Source: Erysipelotrichaceae bacterium MTC7 (GTDB lineage Bacteria > Bacillota_I > Bacilli_A > Erysipelotrichales > Erysipelotrichaceae). From it: 32,000 bases of DNA. Both the position numbers and the translations under genes were made by a program. The notes under the pieces were generated by a model that was not told the DNA's origin, did not search any database, and saw nothing but the letters and a program-made list of their open reading frames with translations. Within the stretch, counting starts at the first letter, position 1, and every line of letters begins with the position of its first letter. Below, one piece after another: positions 1 to 8,372 of the stretch. Where the stretch lies: positions 60,001 to 92,000 of the forward strand of contig LVZN01000078.1 of assembly GCA_001695645.1 (NCBI GenBank), in the 5' to 3' direction.

Positions 1-192
1 GCATTAACAAATGCAGGGTTACAAGCCATGGTTGATGAAGTTGCAAATGAACTAGGAGCTGAAGGTCGTATTTTGGTACGTCCAAGTGGAACAGAACCAC
101 TTGTTCGCGTGATGGTAGAAGCAAAAACCGATGCACTTTGCGAGAAATACGTACATCAAGTTGTCGATTATATTAAAGCACAAGGACTGTAA
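1..192 (+). CDS. glmM: Phosphoglucosamine mutase, C-terminal fragment (5' end lies outside the window)
   Basis: Frame 1 is open from base 1 to TAA at 190-192. It is absent from the ORF track because it has no start codon. The translation ALTNAGLQAMVDEVANELGAEGRILVRPSGTEPLVRVMVEAKTDALCEKYVHQVVDYIKAQGL carries the RPSGTEP motif of the phosphohexomutase C-terminal domain. Confidence 0.85.
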   Translation, partial: ALTNAGLQAMVDEVANELGAEGRILVRPSGTEPLVRVMVEAKTDALCEKYVHQVVDYIKAQGL

Positions 193-235
193 TCTGCCCC
201 TAGGCAGTAAAGTCCTTTTTTCTATCACATAATTT

Positions 236-244
236 TGTTACAAT
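236..244 (+). promoter_or_regulatory. Extended -10 element (TGtTACAAT), candidate promoter of the two-component/mgtE operon
   Basis: The string tgttacaat fits TGnTATAAT with one mismatch. It lies about 23 nt upstream of the ATG at 267. No good -35 was seen. Confidence 0.35.
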
Positions 245-266
245 AGAGGAAGAAGAGGTGCAAATT

Positions 267-923
267 ATGAAAAAAGTGATATGTGTCGTTGAAGATGAAA
301 AAGATTTAAATGAACTAGTAAAGCGTTACTTAGAAAAAGAAGGTTATGAAGTACGCTCATATTTGACCTATCATGATGCTTACGAGCACATCAATGATGA
401 AGATGTCCATCTATGGATCTTAGATATTATGTTGGATAATAAAAGTGGATTTGACTTGATCGAAGAAATTCGCTCACAAGGTAGTGAAATCCCTGTTATT
501 TTTATGAGTGCACGAGATAAGGAATTTGACCGTATCATCGGGCTAGAAAAGGGTAGTGATGATTACATCACAAAACCATTCTCACCAAAAGAATTGGTAT
601 TGCGTGTAAACAACTTGATGAAACGAGCGTACAAAGAAAGTAATCGTATTCAAATTGATGGATATGAACTTGATGAAGTGCAACGTAAAGTCTTTGAAGG
701 AAATGTTGAAATCGACCTTACAACCAAAGAATTTGACTTATTGATGATGTTTATTCGCAACAAAGGAATTGCATTCTCACGGGAAATGATTTTGGAAAAT
801 GTTTGGGAAGACAACTATTTTGGTAGTGACCGTGTGGTAGATGACACCTTGCGCCGTTTACGTAAGAAATTGCCAAACTTGAACATTCACACCATTTATG
901 GATTTGGATATCGATTAGGATAA
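267..923 (+). CDS. OmpR/PhoB-family response regulator (receiver plus winged-helix domain)
   Basis: Receiver motifs are present: VVEDEKD, the phospho-acceptor context LWILDIML, and KPF. The C-terminal winged helix reads LTTKEFDLLMMF...VDDTLRRLRKKL. The track starts at GTG 258, but ATG 267 sits 8 nt after the AGAAGAGG Shine-Dalgarno and is preferred. Confidence 0.9.
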   Translation: MKKVICVVEDEKDLNELVKRYLEKEGYEVRSYLTYHDAYEHINDEDVHLWILDIMLDNKSGFDLIEEIRSQGSEIPVIFMSARDKEFDRIIGLEKGSDDYITKPFSPKELVLRVNNLMKRAYKESNRIQIDGYELDEVQRKVFEGNVEIDLTTKEFDLLMMFIRNKGIAFSREMILENVWEDNYFGSDRVVDDTLRRLRKKLPNLNIHTIYGFGYRLG

Positions 924-2305
924 TGGAAAAGAATAATCGCTTATGGGTAAAACGACTGTCCTTGTCGCAACAATTAATTGTTTTGATTGTTTGCTTCGTG
1001 TCGTTTTTTGCCGTGTTCTTCTTTATTTTTATTAACTCAAATGTAAATAACTACACTGAAGAACAGATGTTTACACAGCTTAGTGAAACCCAAGATAATC
1101 TAAGCTACATTTATCATGCAGTGGATGTGGACTCGATTCAGCTTGCACAAAATGATAATCGAATGATTGATAGTTATTTCTTTAAGCGTGATGCAGAAGG
1201 CGTTTTTCATGTCGAATATCATGCAGACGACTTAAAAGATGACAAGCGTATTTACGCTGATGTATACAATAACTTACTGATTCAGGACAAGATTCAACAA
1301 GGCCCATTAGGTGCACTGTATCATGATGAAAGTATTGCGCACGTATACCCAGGGTCAAAATACACATACTATAGCATTCGTATTCTTGAAGATGATGTTG
1401 TCGTTGTGTCTTTGTTGAACAATGCATATATTAATGATTTCAAAAGTACGTTTGTTGAAAACGTTATTGATATTACTGTATTTGTTGTTGGGTTGTTCTT
1501 TGTGATTATGATGCTATGGGTAGGAAATATCATCCGACCATTGCATGTGATTAAAAACTATATTGATCGTATTCGGGTTGGTAAAGAAGCCACGATGAAA
1601 GTCAATCGAAAAGATGAAATTGGTGAAGTAGCTGATGCTTTGGTTACGATGCATGATGAACTTGCCAAACAAGAGAAAACCAAAGAAGAAATGATACACA
1701 ACATTTCCCATGACTTGAAAACACCAATCGCAACCATCAAATCCTACGGAGAAAGCATCAAAGATGGAATTTATCCATACGATACACTTGAAAAAAGTGT
1801 GGATGTAATTATTGATAATGCCAACCGTTTGGAAAAAAAGGTTCGTAGCTTATTGTTTATGAATCGCGTGGAATACATTTTAAGTCAAGACAGTGATGAA
1901 GTGGTAACGGACATGCGTGATGTAGTTGATACCGTTGTGTTGAATACAAAAGTCATTCGTCCAGAAATTGAAATTGAAAAAAATACAGTGTCGTCACTGT
2001 TTAGAGGAAATGAAGAGGCATGGCGTGTTTGTGTCGAAAACCTCTTAGAAAATGCTTTGCGTTATGCAAAAACACAAATAGTAATTACCTTGGATGAAGA
2101 TCAACTTTGCATTTATAACGATGGGGATCAAATTCCAGAGGAAATCTTACCGACGTTGTTTAAACCTTATGAAAAAGGTCGTGATGGTCAATTCGGACTT
2201 GGACTGAGTATTGTATATAAGGTGGTTGCAGCTGCCAACTACACAGTGGTTGCTGAAAACGTGGAAACCGGTGGGGTTATCTTCAAAATAATTAAAGAAT
2301 CGTAA
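923..2305 (+). CDS. Membrane sensor histidine kinase (two TM segments, about 150-aa extracytoplasmic loop, HAMP, HisKA, HATPase_c)
   Basis: H-box HNISHDLKTPIATI, N-box ENLLENALRYA, G-boxes DGDQIPEE and GLGLSIV. Hydrophobic segments LIVLIVCFVSFFAVFFFIFI and ITVFVVGLFFVIMMLWVG. The start ATG overlaps the regulator's stop (TAATG at 921-925). Confidence 0.9.
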   Translation: MEKNNRLWVKRLSLSQQLIVLIVCFVSFFAVFFFIFINSNVNNYTEEQMFTQLSETQDNLSYIYHAVDVDSIQLAQNDNRMIDSYFFKRDAEGVFHVEYHADDLKDDKRIYADVYNNLLIQDKIQQGPLGALYHDESIAHVYPGSKYTYYSIRILEDDVVVVSLLNNAYINDFKSTFVENVIDITVFVVGLFFVIMMLWVGNIIRPLHVIKNYIDRIRVGKEATMKVNRKDEIGEVADALVTMHDELAKQEKTKEEMIHNISHDLKTPIATIKSYGESIKDGIYPYDTLEKSVDVIIDNANRLEKKVRSLLFMNRVEYILSQDSDEVVTDMRDVVDTVVLNTKVIRPEIEIEKNTVSSLFRGNEEAWRVCVENLLENALRYAKTQIVITLDEDQLCIYNDGDQIPEEILPTLFKPYEKGRDGQFGLGLSIVYKVVAAANYTVVAENVETGGVIFKIIKES

Positions 2306-2321
2306 GTAGGAAGGAGAGTTT

Positions 2322-3674
2322 ATGGACAACCAAAAAGTAACAATTGAGGAATTGCAAAACCTCATACATAAAAAAGATGTACGAAGTATCCGTGAACTCT
2401 TTGATGAATACAACATTGTTGATATGAGTGAACTGGTTGAACAATTGGATATTCAAGATGTTCTATTTGTTTTTAAAACACTGAAGAAAAATGTCACAGC
2501 TGAGATATTTTCCTATTTAACATACGACCGACAAGAAGATTTAATTGAGATTTTTACAGGTCCAGAAATTCAAAGTATGTTAGATAACTTGTACAGTGAT
2601 GACATCGTTGACTTCATGGAAGAAATGCCTGCTAACGTTGTAAAAAGGGTCTTGCAAAATGCAAAGCCAAACCAACGTGCAGAGATTAATAAATTGCTAA
2701 ACTATCGAGAAGATTCATGCGGTTCTATTATGAATACCAATTACATTACCTTGAAGCGTAATGAGACGGTACTTGAATCCATTCATCGTTTGCGGAAGCT
2801 AAAAAACATTGATCGTGCCTTAGGGTATGCGTATATTACCGATGCCAAACGTGAATTGATTGGTTCGCTCTCACTTAAACAACTTCTATATGAAGAAGAC
2901 GCAGAAATGATTGAAGAAATCATGGATACGGATTTGATCGTGGTCAATACTGACGATGATCAAGAGAAAGCTGCACAGCTGATTCGAAAGTATGATATAT
3001 CAACCATTCCTGTTGTGAATGACGAAGGGAAAATCGCTGGAGCAATTACCTATGATGACATTTTAGATGTTATGGAAGAAGAAACAACGGAAGATATCCA
3101 CAAGATGTCAGCGATTACGCCAACAGACAAGCCATACTTAGAAACAGGTGTCTTTGATATGTATAAACACCGTATCGTTTGGTTACTTGTGTTAATGATT
3201 GGAGCAACGTTTACTGGAAATATCTTACTGATTTTTGAAGATCACCTGAAATCCGTCGCATATTTATCGGTGTTTATACCGATGTTGATGGATGCTGCAG
3301 GAAATGCGGGGAACCAAAGTAGTACGATGATTACTCGAGCATTAGCCTTGGGTGAAGTACATTTAACCGATATGCTAAAGATATGGTTTAAAGAAATTCG
3401 CGTTGCCTTCCTTTGTGGAGTTACCATGGGGATTGTGAACTTCTTTAGGGTCATTATCTTTATGGGAATGGTAGATGTGCAAACATCGATTGTGGTCTCA
3501 GTAACTGTGATGTGTACCGTTATGGTTGCCAAATTGATTGGATGTACATTGCCAATGATTGCTGAAAAACTTGGCTTCGACCCAGCAGTTATGGCTGGAC
3601 CATTAATCACAACACTTGTCGATGTTGTGGCGTTATTAATTTATTTAGGGCTTGCAAGTGTTTTCTTGCTGTAG
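2322..3674 (+). CDS. mgtE: Magnesium transporter MgtE (N-domain, tandem CBS, TM domain)
   Basis: 450 aa with typical MgtE strings PMLMDAAGNAGNQSS and GPLITTLVDV, plus a CBS region. The Shine-Dalgarno AGGAAGGAGAG is in the 16-nt gap after the kinase stop. Confidence 0.93.
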   Translation: MDNQKVTIEELQNLIHKKDVRSIRELFDEYNIVDMSELVEQLDIQDVLFVFKTLKKNVTAEIFSYLTYDRQEDLIEIFTGPEIQSMLDNLYSDDIVDFMEEMPANVVKRVLQNAKPNQRAEINKLLNYREDSCGSIMNTNYITLKRNETVLESIHRLRKLKNIDRALGYAYITDAKRELIGSLSLKQLLYEEDAEMIEEIMDTDLIVVNTDDDQEKAAQLIRKYDISTIPVVNDEGKIAGAITYDDILDVMEEETTEDIHKMSAITPTDKPYLETGVFDMYKHRIVWLLVLMIGATFTGNILLIFEDHLKSVAYLSVFIPMLMDAAGNAGNQSSTMITRALALGEVHLTDMLKIWFKEIRVAFLCGVTMGIVNFFRVIIFMGMVDVQTSIVVSVTVMCTVMVAKLIGCTLPMIAEKLGFDPAVMAGPLITTLVDVVALLIYLGLASVFLL

Positions 3675-3691
3675 CCTAAAAGGAGGAGCAT

Positions 3692-5134
3692 ATGTTTAAA
3701 GATGATCATTTACATCAAGCCATGCTTGAGTTTTTAGGAAAAAATGAAAATGAAATGATTACACCAGAAGAACTCGCAAAAATCGATATTCTGTCTTTAC
3801 GTAATCGTGATATTTCATCGATTGATGGACTGGAAGATTGTATCAATTTGGAAGTGCTTGATTTAACAGGAAATCGAATTGAACACATACATGCCATTGA
3901 AAAGATGAATAAATTGACAAAATTGCGTCTTTCACGCAATGCCTTACAAAGCATTGAACCGTTAAAGGACTTGCAACGTTTAACAAACTTGGATCTTTCA
4001 CATAACGAAGTATTTCCACTGGACTTGCGACGTTTGAAAGATTTGGATAATTTGGAAGTGCTAAACATCAATAACACCAATGTCTCGCACATTGATAAAC
4101 TGGATAAATTAGACAAGCTACGTGAACTGCACGGTGGCGTACGAAGTGATACCTTTGATTTATCCGTGTATGCAGAATTAAAAAACTTAGAAGAACTGCA
4201 TTTGCCTAAAATGTGGCTATACGATATTTGTAAGTTACGTGGGCTTGTTAAATTGCGTGTACTTGATGTATCAGGAAACTTGTTTTCTGATTTATCGGTT
4301 CTCGAAGATTTTAAAGCCTTGGAAGAATTGAATCTTTCTAACAACAAATATTTACATGATATTTCGTTGCTTGCAAGTTGCAAGAATTTAAAAAGCTTAC
4401 AACTAAGTAACTGTAAAGTATTTGATATAGAAGCTTTACGTGATTTAACAAAACTTGAAAATTTAAATTTGGAATACTGTGAAATTAAAGATTTAAGTCC
4501 CATTCGTAATTTAACAAACCTAACGCGTTTGGATCTTGGGAAAAACCGAATTACTGATATTACCATTTTGGAAAAACTGGATAGGATAGAAAACTTAACA
4601 GTTGATCATACGTATTTAAGTGATCTGTCGTTCTTAAAAAACTTTAAAGAAATTCATGAACTAGACTTTCACAATAATATGATTTTGGATATTTCACCTC
4701 TAGCGGAGTGTGCACATCTACGCGTACTTGATGCATCAAACAACTGGTTTAGTAATCTAGCACCTTTAGAAAATCTAACAGAGCTACAAGCTTTGAAGGT
4801 TGCCAACAATAAAGTAGAGTCGATTGCACCACTAGCAAATTTAACAGAGCTTCGAATTCTTGATATTTATAACAATGTTGTGGAAGATTTATCACCAGTG
4901 CAAAATATGATGAAACTCATTCGTTTGCGCGCAGATCATAACTCCATTATGGATTTAGCACCAATTCAAAATTTAACGAATCTAGTAAGTTTAACATTGA
5001 AAGCTAACTATATTTCTGATTTGGAACCACTGATTGGTATGAGCAAACTCTATGAATTACGTTTGGATGCAAATCCATTAGAAAATATGGAACAGCTTGA
5101 AAAGATGCAGTACTTTGAAAAATTTACGTACTAG
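3692..5134 (+). CDS. Leucine-rich-repeat protein, about 20 tandem 22-aa internalin-type LRRs, no signal peptide
   Basis: LxxLxxLxLxxNxIxDIxPLxxL units repeat across nearly the whole 480 aa, for example LTNLTRLDLGKNRITDITILEK and LTELRILDIYNNVVEDLSPVQN. The N-terminus MFKDDHLHQAMLEFLGKNENE is hydrophilic. The Shine-Dalgarno AAAGGAGG lies 17 nt after the mgtE stop. Confidence 0.85.
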   Translation: MFKDDHLHQAMLEFLGKNENEMITPEELAKIDILSLRNRDISSIDGLEDCINLEVLDLTGNRIEHIHAIEKMNKLTKLRLSRNALQSIEPLKDLQRLTNLDLSHNEVFPLDLRRLKDLDNLEVLNINNTNVSHIDKLDKLDKLRELHGGVRSDTFDLSVYAELKNLEELHLPKMWLYDICKLRGLVKLRVLDVSGNLFSDLSVLEDFKALEELNLSNNKYLHDISLLASCKNLKSLQLSNCKVFDIEALRDLTKLENLNLEYCEIKDLSPIRNLTNLTRLDLGKNRITDITILEKLDRIENLTVDHTYLSDLSFLKNFKEIHELDFHNNMILDISPLAECAHLRVLDASNNWFSNLAPLENLTELQALKVANNKVESIAPLANLTELRILDIYNNVVEDLSPVQNMMKLIRLRADHNSIMDLAPIQNLTNLVSLTLKANYISDLEPLIGMSKLYELRLDANPLENMEQLEKMQYFEKFTY

Positions 5135-5146
5135 GAAAGGGAAACT

Positions 5147-5341
5147 ATGATGAAACATGTAATATTGCTTCGAGATATGAAAACGAAAGAAGATCGTGCG
5201 CGTGTCTCGGATGAACTGGACGACTTAGGTATCGAACACGACTTTGATTTAGAGCAAAAAACGCTCGTAATTAATGACCGTGGTGATGCAGTTCGTAATG
5301 CAACAAGAATCTTAGGAGAAAATGGGTTTTTGACTTACTAA
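5147..5341 (+). CDS. Small hypothetical protein (64 aa), possible beta-alpha-beta-beta-alpha-beta fold without metal-binding Cys
   Basis: The ORF starts 12 nt after the LRR gene, preceded by AAAGGGA. It ends inside the operon terminator. I recognise no motif. Confidence 0.5.
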   Translation: MMKHVILLRDMKTKEDRARVSDELDDLGIEHDFDLEQKTLVINDRGDAVRNATRILGENGFLTY

Positions 5342-5359
5342 AGTCAAAGCCCTTTTTTT
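5324..5359 (+). terminator. Rho-independent terminator of the RR-HK-mgtE-LRR operon
   Basis: Perfect 8-bp stem tttgactt/aagtcaaa (5329-5336 / 5341-5348), extendable to ggg...ccc, followed by a run of 7 T. It overlaps the stop codon at 5339-5341. Confidence 0.8.
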
Positions 5360-5470
5360 ATTTTTATGGAATTGGGCGTTTCTCAAAAGTGTAAATTTTA
5401 GCTTTTTAGGTGCTTGTCAAAGATTGTTGAATATGATAATATTAATAAGCGTTGTCACTAGAATAACTGT

Positions 5471-5561
5471 GGAGTAGTACTCAAGTGGCTGAAGAGGTGC
5501 CCCTGCTAAGGGTATAGGTCGGGAAACTGGCGCGAGAGTTCAAATCTCTCCTACTCCGCCA
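5471..5561 (+). tRNA. tRNA-Ser (anticodon GCT), long variable arm, encoded CCA
   Basis: Acceptor stem ggagtag/ctactcc, anticodon loop ctGCTaa, long extra arm and T-loop gttcaaatc. Length 91 nt. Upstream promoter-like TTGTCA-N17-TAATAT. Confidence 0.9.
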
Positions 5562-5578
5562 TTTTTAAATCATCTAGT

Positions 5579-5652
5579 GCGAGCGTAGTTTAATGGTAGA
5601 ACACGACCTTGCCAAGGTCGATACGGGAGTTCGATTCTCCTCGCTCGCTCCA
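5579..5652 (+). tRNA. tRNA-Gly (anticodon GCC), encoded CCA
   Basis: Acceptor stem gcgagcg/cgctcgc, anticodon loop ttGCCaa, T-loop gttcgattc. Length 74 nt. Confidence 0.9.
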
Positions 5653-5662
5653 TAGACTAAAT

Positions 5663-5688
5663 AAGGCCCAAGTAAAGGGCTTTTTTTT
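5663..5688 (+). terminator. Terminator after the tRNA-Ser/Gly pair
   Basis: Stem aaggccc/gggcttt with loop aagtaaa, followed by a run of 8 T. Confidence 0.7.
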
Positions 5689-5774
5689 ATCCATTTTGCA
5701 ATTGGTATGAATTTGGCACGAATTAATGCGTATTTTATTCGTTCATCATAATATCTAAACCTTAGAATTTGTTT

Positions 5775-5810
5775 AAAACCAGTAAAACATCAAATTTTAC
5801 TGGTTTTTTT
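5775..5810. terminator. Perfect 13-bp hairpin with A-tract and T-tract flanks (second or orphan terminator)
   Basis: aaaaccagtaaaa (5775-5787) and ttttactggtttt (5795-5807), 7-nt loop, with the T run continuing to 5810. It lies about 90 nt after the first tRNA terminator. Confidence 0.6.
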
Positions 5811-5890
5811 GCACGTTTGACGAACTTTTTAAAAAGTTTGAGCACATCAGTATACAGATGGATGTTTGTTGGATAAGATAGAAATAGTTG

Positions 5891-5906
5891 ATACCCCAAG
5901 GGGTAT
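5891..5906 (+). promoter_or_regulatory. CsoR/CstR-family operator, perfect palindrome ATACCCCAAGGGGTAT
   Basis: A 16-bp perfect inverted repeat directly abutting the AAGGAGG Shine-Dalgarno (5907-5913) of the rhodanese gene. It matches the G/C-tract ATACCCC-N-GGGGTAT operator type known for CsoR-family repressors, and a family member is encoded two genes downstream. Confidence 0.6.
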
Positions 5907-5918
5907 AAGGAGGTAGCT

Positions 5919-6221
5919 ATGTTTTTTTCAAAAATAAACTCAATTAGCACAACGGATTTGGAACAACAATTAAAGGAAAAGAAAGATATTGCCATATTGG
6001 ATGTGCGTGAAAAAGATGAATTTAAAACAGGACACATCAAAGGTGCAATCAATATGCCATTGTCTGCATTTGATATTAGTAAATTAAAGAAACAAGAATA
6101 TTATGTAATTTGTGCATCAGGGATGCGTAGCAAACAAGCATGCAATTTTCTAACAAAACAAGGTTATGATGTGACCAATGTTAGTGGTGGTATGAGTCGT
6201 TGGCATGGCAAAATAGTATAA
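5919..6221 (+). CDS. Single-domain rhodanese (sulfurtransferase)
   Basis: 100 aa with active-site loop CASGMRS and the typical DVREKDEFKTGHIKGAINMP context. Confidence 0.85.
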   Translation: MFFSKINSISTTDLEQQLKEKKDIAILDVREKDEFKTGHIKGAINMPLSAFDISKLKKQEYYVICASGMRSKQACNFLTKQGYDVTNVSGGMSRWHGKIV

Positions 6222-6236
6222 CACTAGGGTGCTTAT

Positions 6237-6485
6237 ATGAAATGTGATGCGAAAATTATGAACCGTTTGAAACGCAGTGAAGGTCAACTTCACGGTGTGT
6301 TAAAGATGGTGGCAGAAGAAAAAGATTGTAAGGATATCGTGACTCAACTAAGTGCAGTTCGTTCGAGTGTGGACCGTATCATTGCATTAATCGTCGTGAA
6401 TAACTTAAAAGAAATGTATGAAGAAGATGCATTGAGCGATGAACAAATTGATCAAGCAGTGGAACTGCTATTAAAGTCAAGATAA
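6237..6485 (+). CDS. CsoR/RcnR/CstR-family (DUF156) transcriptional repressor, CstR-like
   Basis: 82 aa. NRLKRSEGQLHGVLKMVAEEKDCKDIVTQLSAVRSSVDRI is the canonical family core with the conserved DCKD cysteine. The length and N-terminus parallel CstR. Confidence 0.85.
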   Translation: MKCDAKIMNRLKRSEGQLHGVLKMVAEEKDCKDIVTQLSAVRSSVDRIIALIVVNNLKEMYEEDALSDEQIDQAVELLLKSR

Positions 6486-6517
6486 AGTAAGCAAGATAAA
6501 GTAAGAAAGAGGGACCT

Positions 6518-8185
6518 ATGAAAATACTAATTGTCGGTGGTGTTGCAGGTGGTGCATCTGCAGCAGCAAGATTACGTCGTCTATCAAAAGATGACGAAAT
6601 TATTCTATTTGAAAAAGATGAGTATATCTCATTTGCGAATTGTGGTTTGCCATATTACATTGGTGGTGTCATTGAACAACGTGACAAGTTGTTGGTGCAA
6701 ACCGTTGCGGGAATGAAACAACGCTTTGATTTGGATATTCGAAACTTTCAAGAAGTGGTTGCCCTACATCCAGATAAAAAAATAGTAGAAGTATACAATC
6801 ACCAAACGAAAGAAAGTTATGAAGAGTCATATGACACATTGATTTTATCGCCAGGAGCAAATCCGATTTGGCCAAATCTACCAGGACTAGCAGAAGCCAA
6901 AAATGTGTTTAAATTGCGTAACGTTCCTGACACTGATCGCATTAAAGAAATGCTTGTACATCAACCAAAACAAGCAGTTGTGATCGGTGGTGGTTTCATT
7001 GGTGTAGAGATGGCAGAAAACTTACGTCATTTGGGTATGGATGTAACGTTAGTGGATTTAGCTGAACAAGTTTTAACACCATTTGATCCAGAAATATCTG
7101 CAGTAATTCAAAATGAAATTACTAGAAATGGTGTACAGTTAAAACTAGGTGTTGGTTTGGAAGGTTTTACAGATGAAGGAAAAACGGTTTTACTAAGCAA
7201 TGGTGAAAAACTTTCATCCGACCTTACCATATTGGCAATTGGTGTATCTCCTGCTTCAAAGCTAGCAAAAGATGCTGGTCTGCAGTTAGGACTTAAAAAT
7301 ACGATTGTTGTTGATGCACAACTAAAAACCTCAGACCCTAACATTTATGCCATTGGTGATGTGATTCAAGTCAATCATTTGATTTCCAATACACCAACGT
7401 ACATTCCTTTAGCTTGGCCAGCAAATCGTCAAGGACGTTTGGTGGCTGATCACATTCATGGCATTGATATTGCATACGAAGGAACGCTCGGTTCAAGTGT
7501 CGCAAAAGTCTTTGATATGGTAGCAGCTTCTACTGGTTTAAATGAAGTCATGGCAAGTAAACTTGGATATGACGTAGGTACAACGATTGTGCACCGAGGC
7601 AATCATGCAGGTTATTATCCAAATGCAAAAAACTTAACATTGAAACTTGTATACGATAAAGAAACGTTAAACATTCTTGGTGCACAAGGGGTTGGATACG
7701 AAGGGACAGAAAAACGTATTGACGTTATTGCGACTGCAATCTTTGGAAAATTAAAAGTTGCGGATTTAGCTAAATTGGAACTGTGTTATGCCCCACCATT
7801 TTCAAGTGCAAAAGACCCTGTAAACATTCTTGGTTATGCAGCAAGTCATACGATTTCTGGATTGTATGAAACCATCAACTACCAATGGGTTGACCAATTG
7901 GATGAATCAACGATGTTGTTGGATGTTCGTACGCCTAAAGAATACGCTGGTGGTCATATACCTGGTTCTGTTAATCTGGAATTGGACACCTTACGCGATC
8001 ATGTAGATAAGTTACCAAAAGATAAAGAAACACCAATTGTGGTGTACTGTCAAGTTGGTCAAAGAGCGCACTATGCCCTTTGTTTATTGGATCAATTGGG
8101 ATATAAAAATCTTTACAACGTTTCGGGTGGTTACACAACGTATAACCAAGTGCAAATAGCCCAAAAGAAACATGAAGATAAGTAA
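6518..8185 (+). CDS. CoA-disulfide reductase fused to a C-terminal rhodanese domain (CoA persulfide/polysulfide reductase type)
   Basis: FAD motif VGGVAGGASAA, redox Cys in SFANCGLPYY, NAD(P)H motif VIGGGFIGVEMAE. The C-terminal rhodanese domain has the loop VVYCQVGQRA. Confidence 0.9.
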   Translation: MKILIVGGVAGGASAAARLRRLSKDDEIILFEKDEYISFANCGLPYYIGGVIEQRDKLLVQTVAGMKQRFDLDIRNFQEVVALHPDKKIVEVYNHQTKESYEESYDTLILSPGANPIWPNLPGLAEAKNVFKLRNVPDTDRIKEMLVHQPKQAVVIGGGFIGVEMAENLRHLGMDVTLVDLAEQVLTPFDPEISAVIQNEITRNGVQLKLGVGLEGFTDEGKTVLLSNGEKLSSDLTILAIGVSPASKLAKDAGLQLGLKNTIVVDAQLKTSDPNIYAIGDVIQVNHLISNTPTYIPLAWPANRQGRLVADHIHGIDIAYEGTLGSSVAKVFDMVAASTGLNEVMASKLGYDVGTTIVHRGNHAGYYPNAKNLTLKLVYDKETLNILGAQGVGYEGTEKRIDVIATAIFGKLKVADLAKLELCYAPPFSSAKDPVNILGYAASHTISGLYETINYQWVDQLDESTMLLDVRTPKEYAGGHIPGSVNLELDTLRDHVDKLPKDKETPIVVYCQVGQRAHYALCLLDQLGYKNLYNVSGGYTTYNQVQIAQKKHEDK

Positions 8186-8372
8186 AAAAGCGAATATCGG
8201 CAAGGACTGCGTAGCTTGTGGGACTTGTGTAAGATATTGTCCAATGAAAGCCATTGAAATTGAACGAGGAACCATCGCCATTGTTGATAATGACAAATGC
8301 GTTGGTTGTCAAAAGTGTATGAAAGTATGTCCAGCAAACATTATTACTATGGAAGAGGAAAGTCTATGTTAA
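8172..8372 (+). CDS. Small 2x[4Fe-4S] ferredoxin
   Basis: 66 aa with CVACGTCVRYCP and CVGCQKCMKVCP. Its ATG lies 14 nt inside the reductase 3' end. Confidence 0.8.
   Translation: MKISKKANIGKDCVACGTCVRYCPMKAIEIERGTIAIVDNDKCVGCQKCMKVCPANIITMEEESLC

Noticed and set aside
2306-2321. M-box (Mg2+) riboswitch in front of mgtE
   Set aside because: Only 16 nt separate the kinase stop from the mgtE start. No M-box-like sequence occurs upstream of the operon either.
3715-4566. 283-aa minus-strand ORF, the longest antisense ORF in the track
   Set aside because: It lies entirely antisense to the LRR gene. Its translation is low-complexity and S/K/F/R-rich, as expected from reading periodic LRR codons backwards. 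It has no Shine-Dalgarno, whereas the sense-strand product has a clear domain structure.
5762-6052. 96-aa minus-strand ORF across the CsoR-type operator and the rhodanese 5' end
   Set aside because: It overlaps the rhodanese gene, its Shine-Dalgarno and operator, and the 13-bp terminator hairpin. I recognise no motif in it.
8297-8365. N-terminal extension of the membrane Fe-S protein as given in the ORF track
   Set aside because: It would overlap the ferredoxin gene by 76 nt in another frame. A good Shine-Dalgarno precedes the internal ATG 8366, which also gives stop/start coupling.
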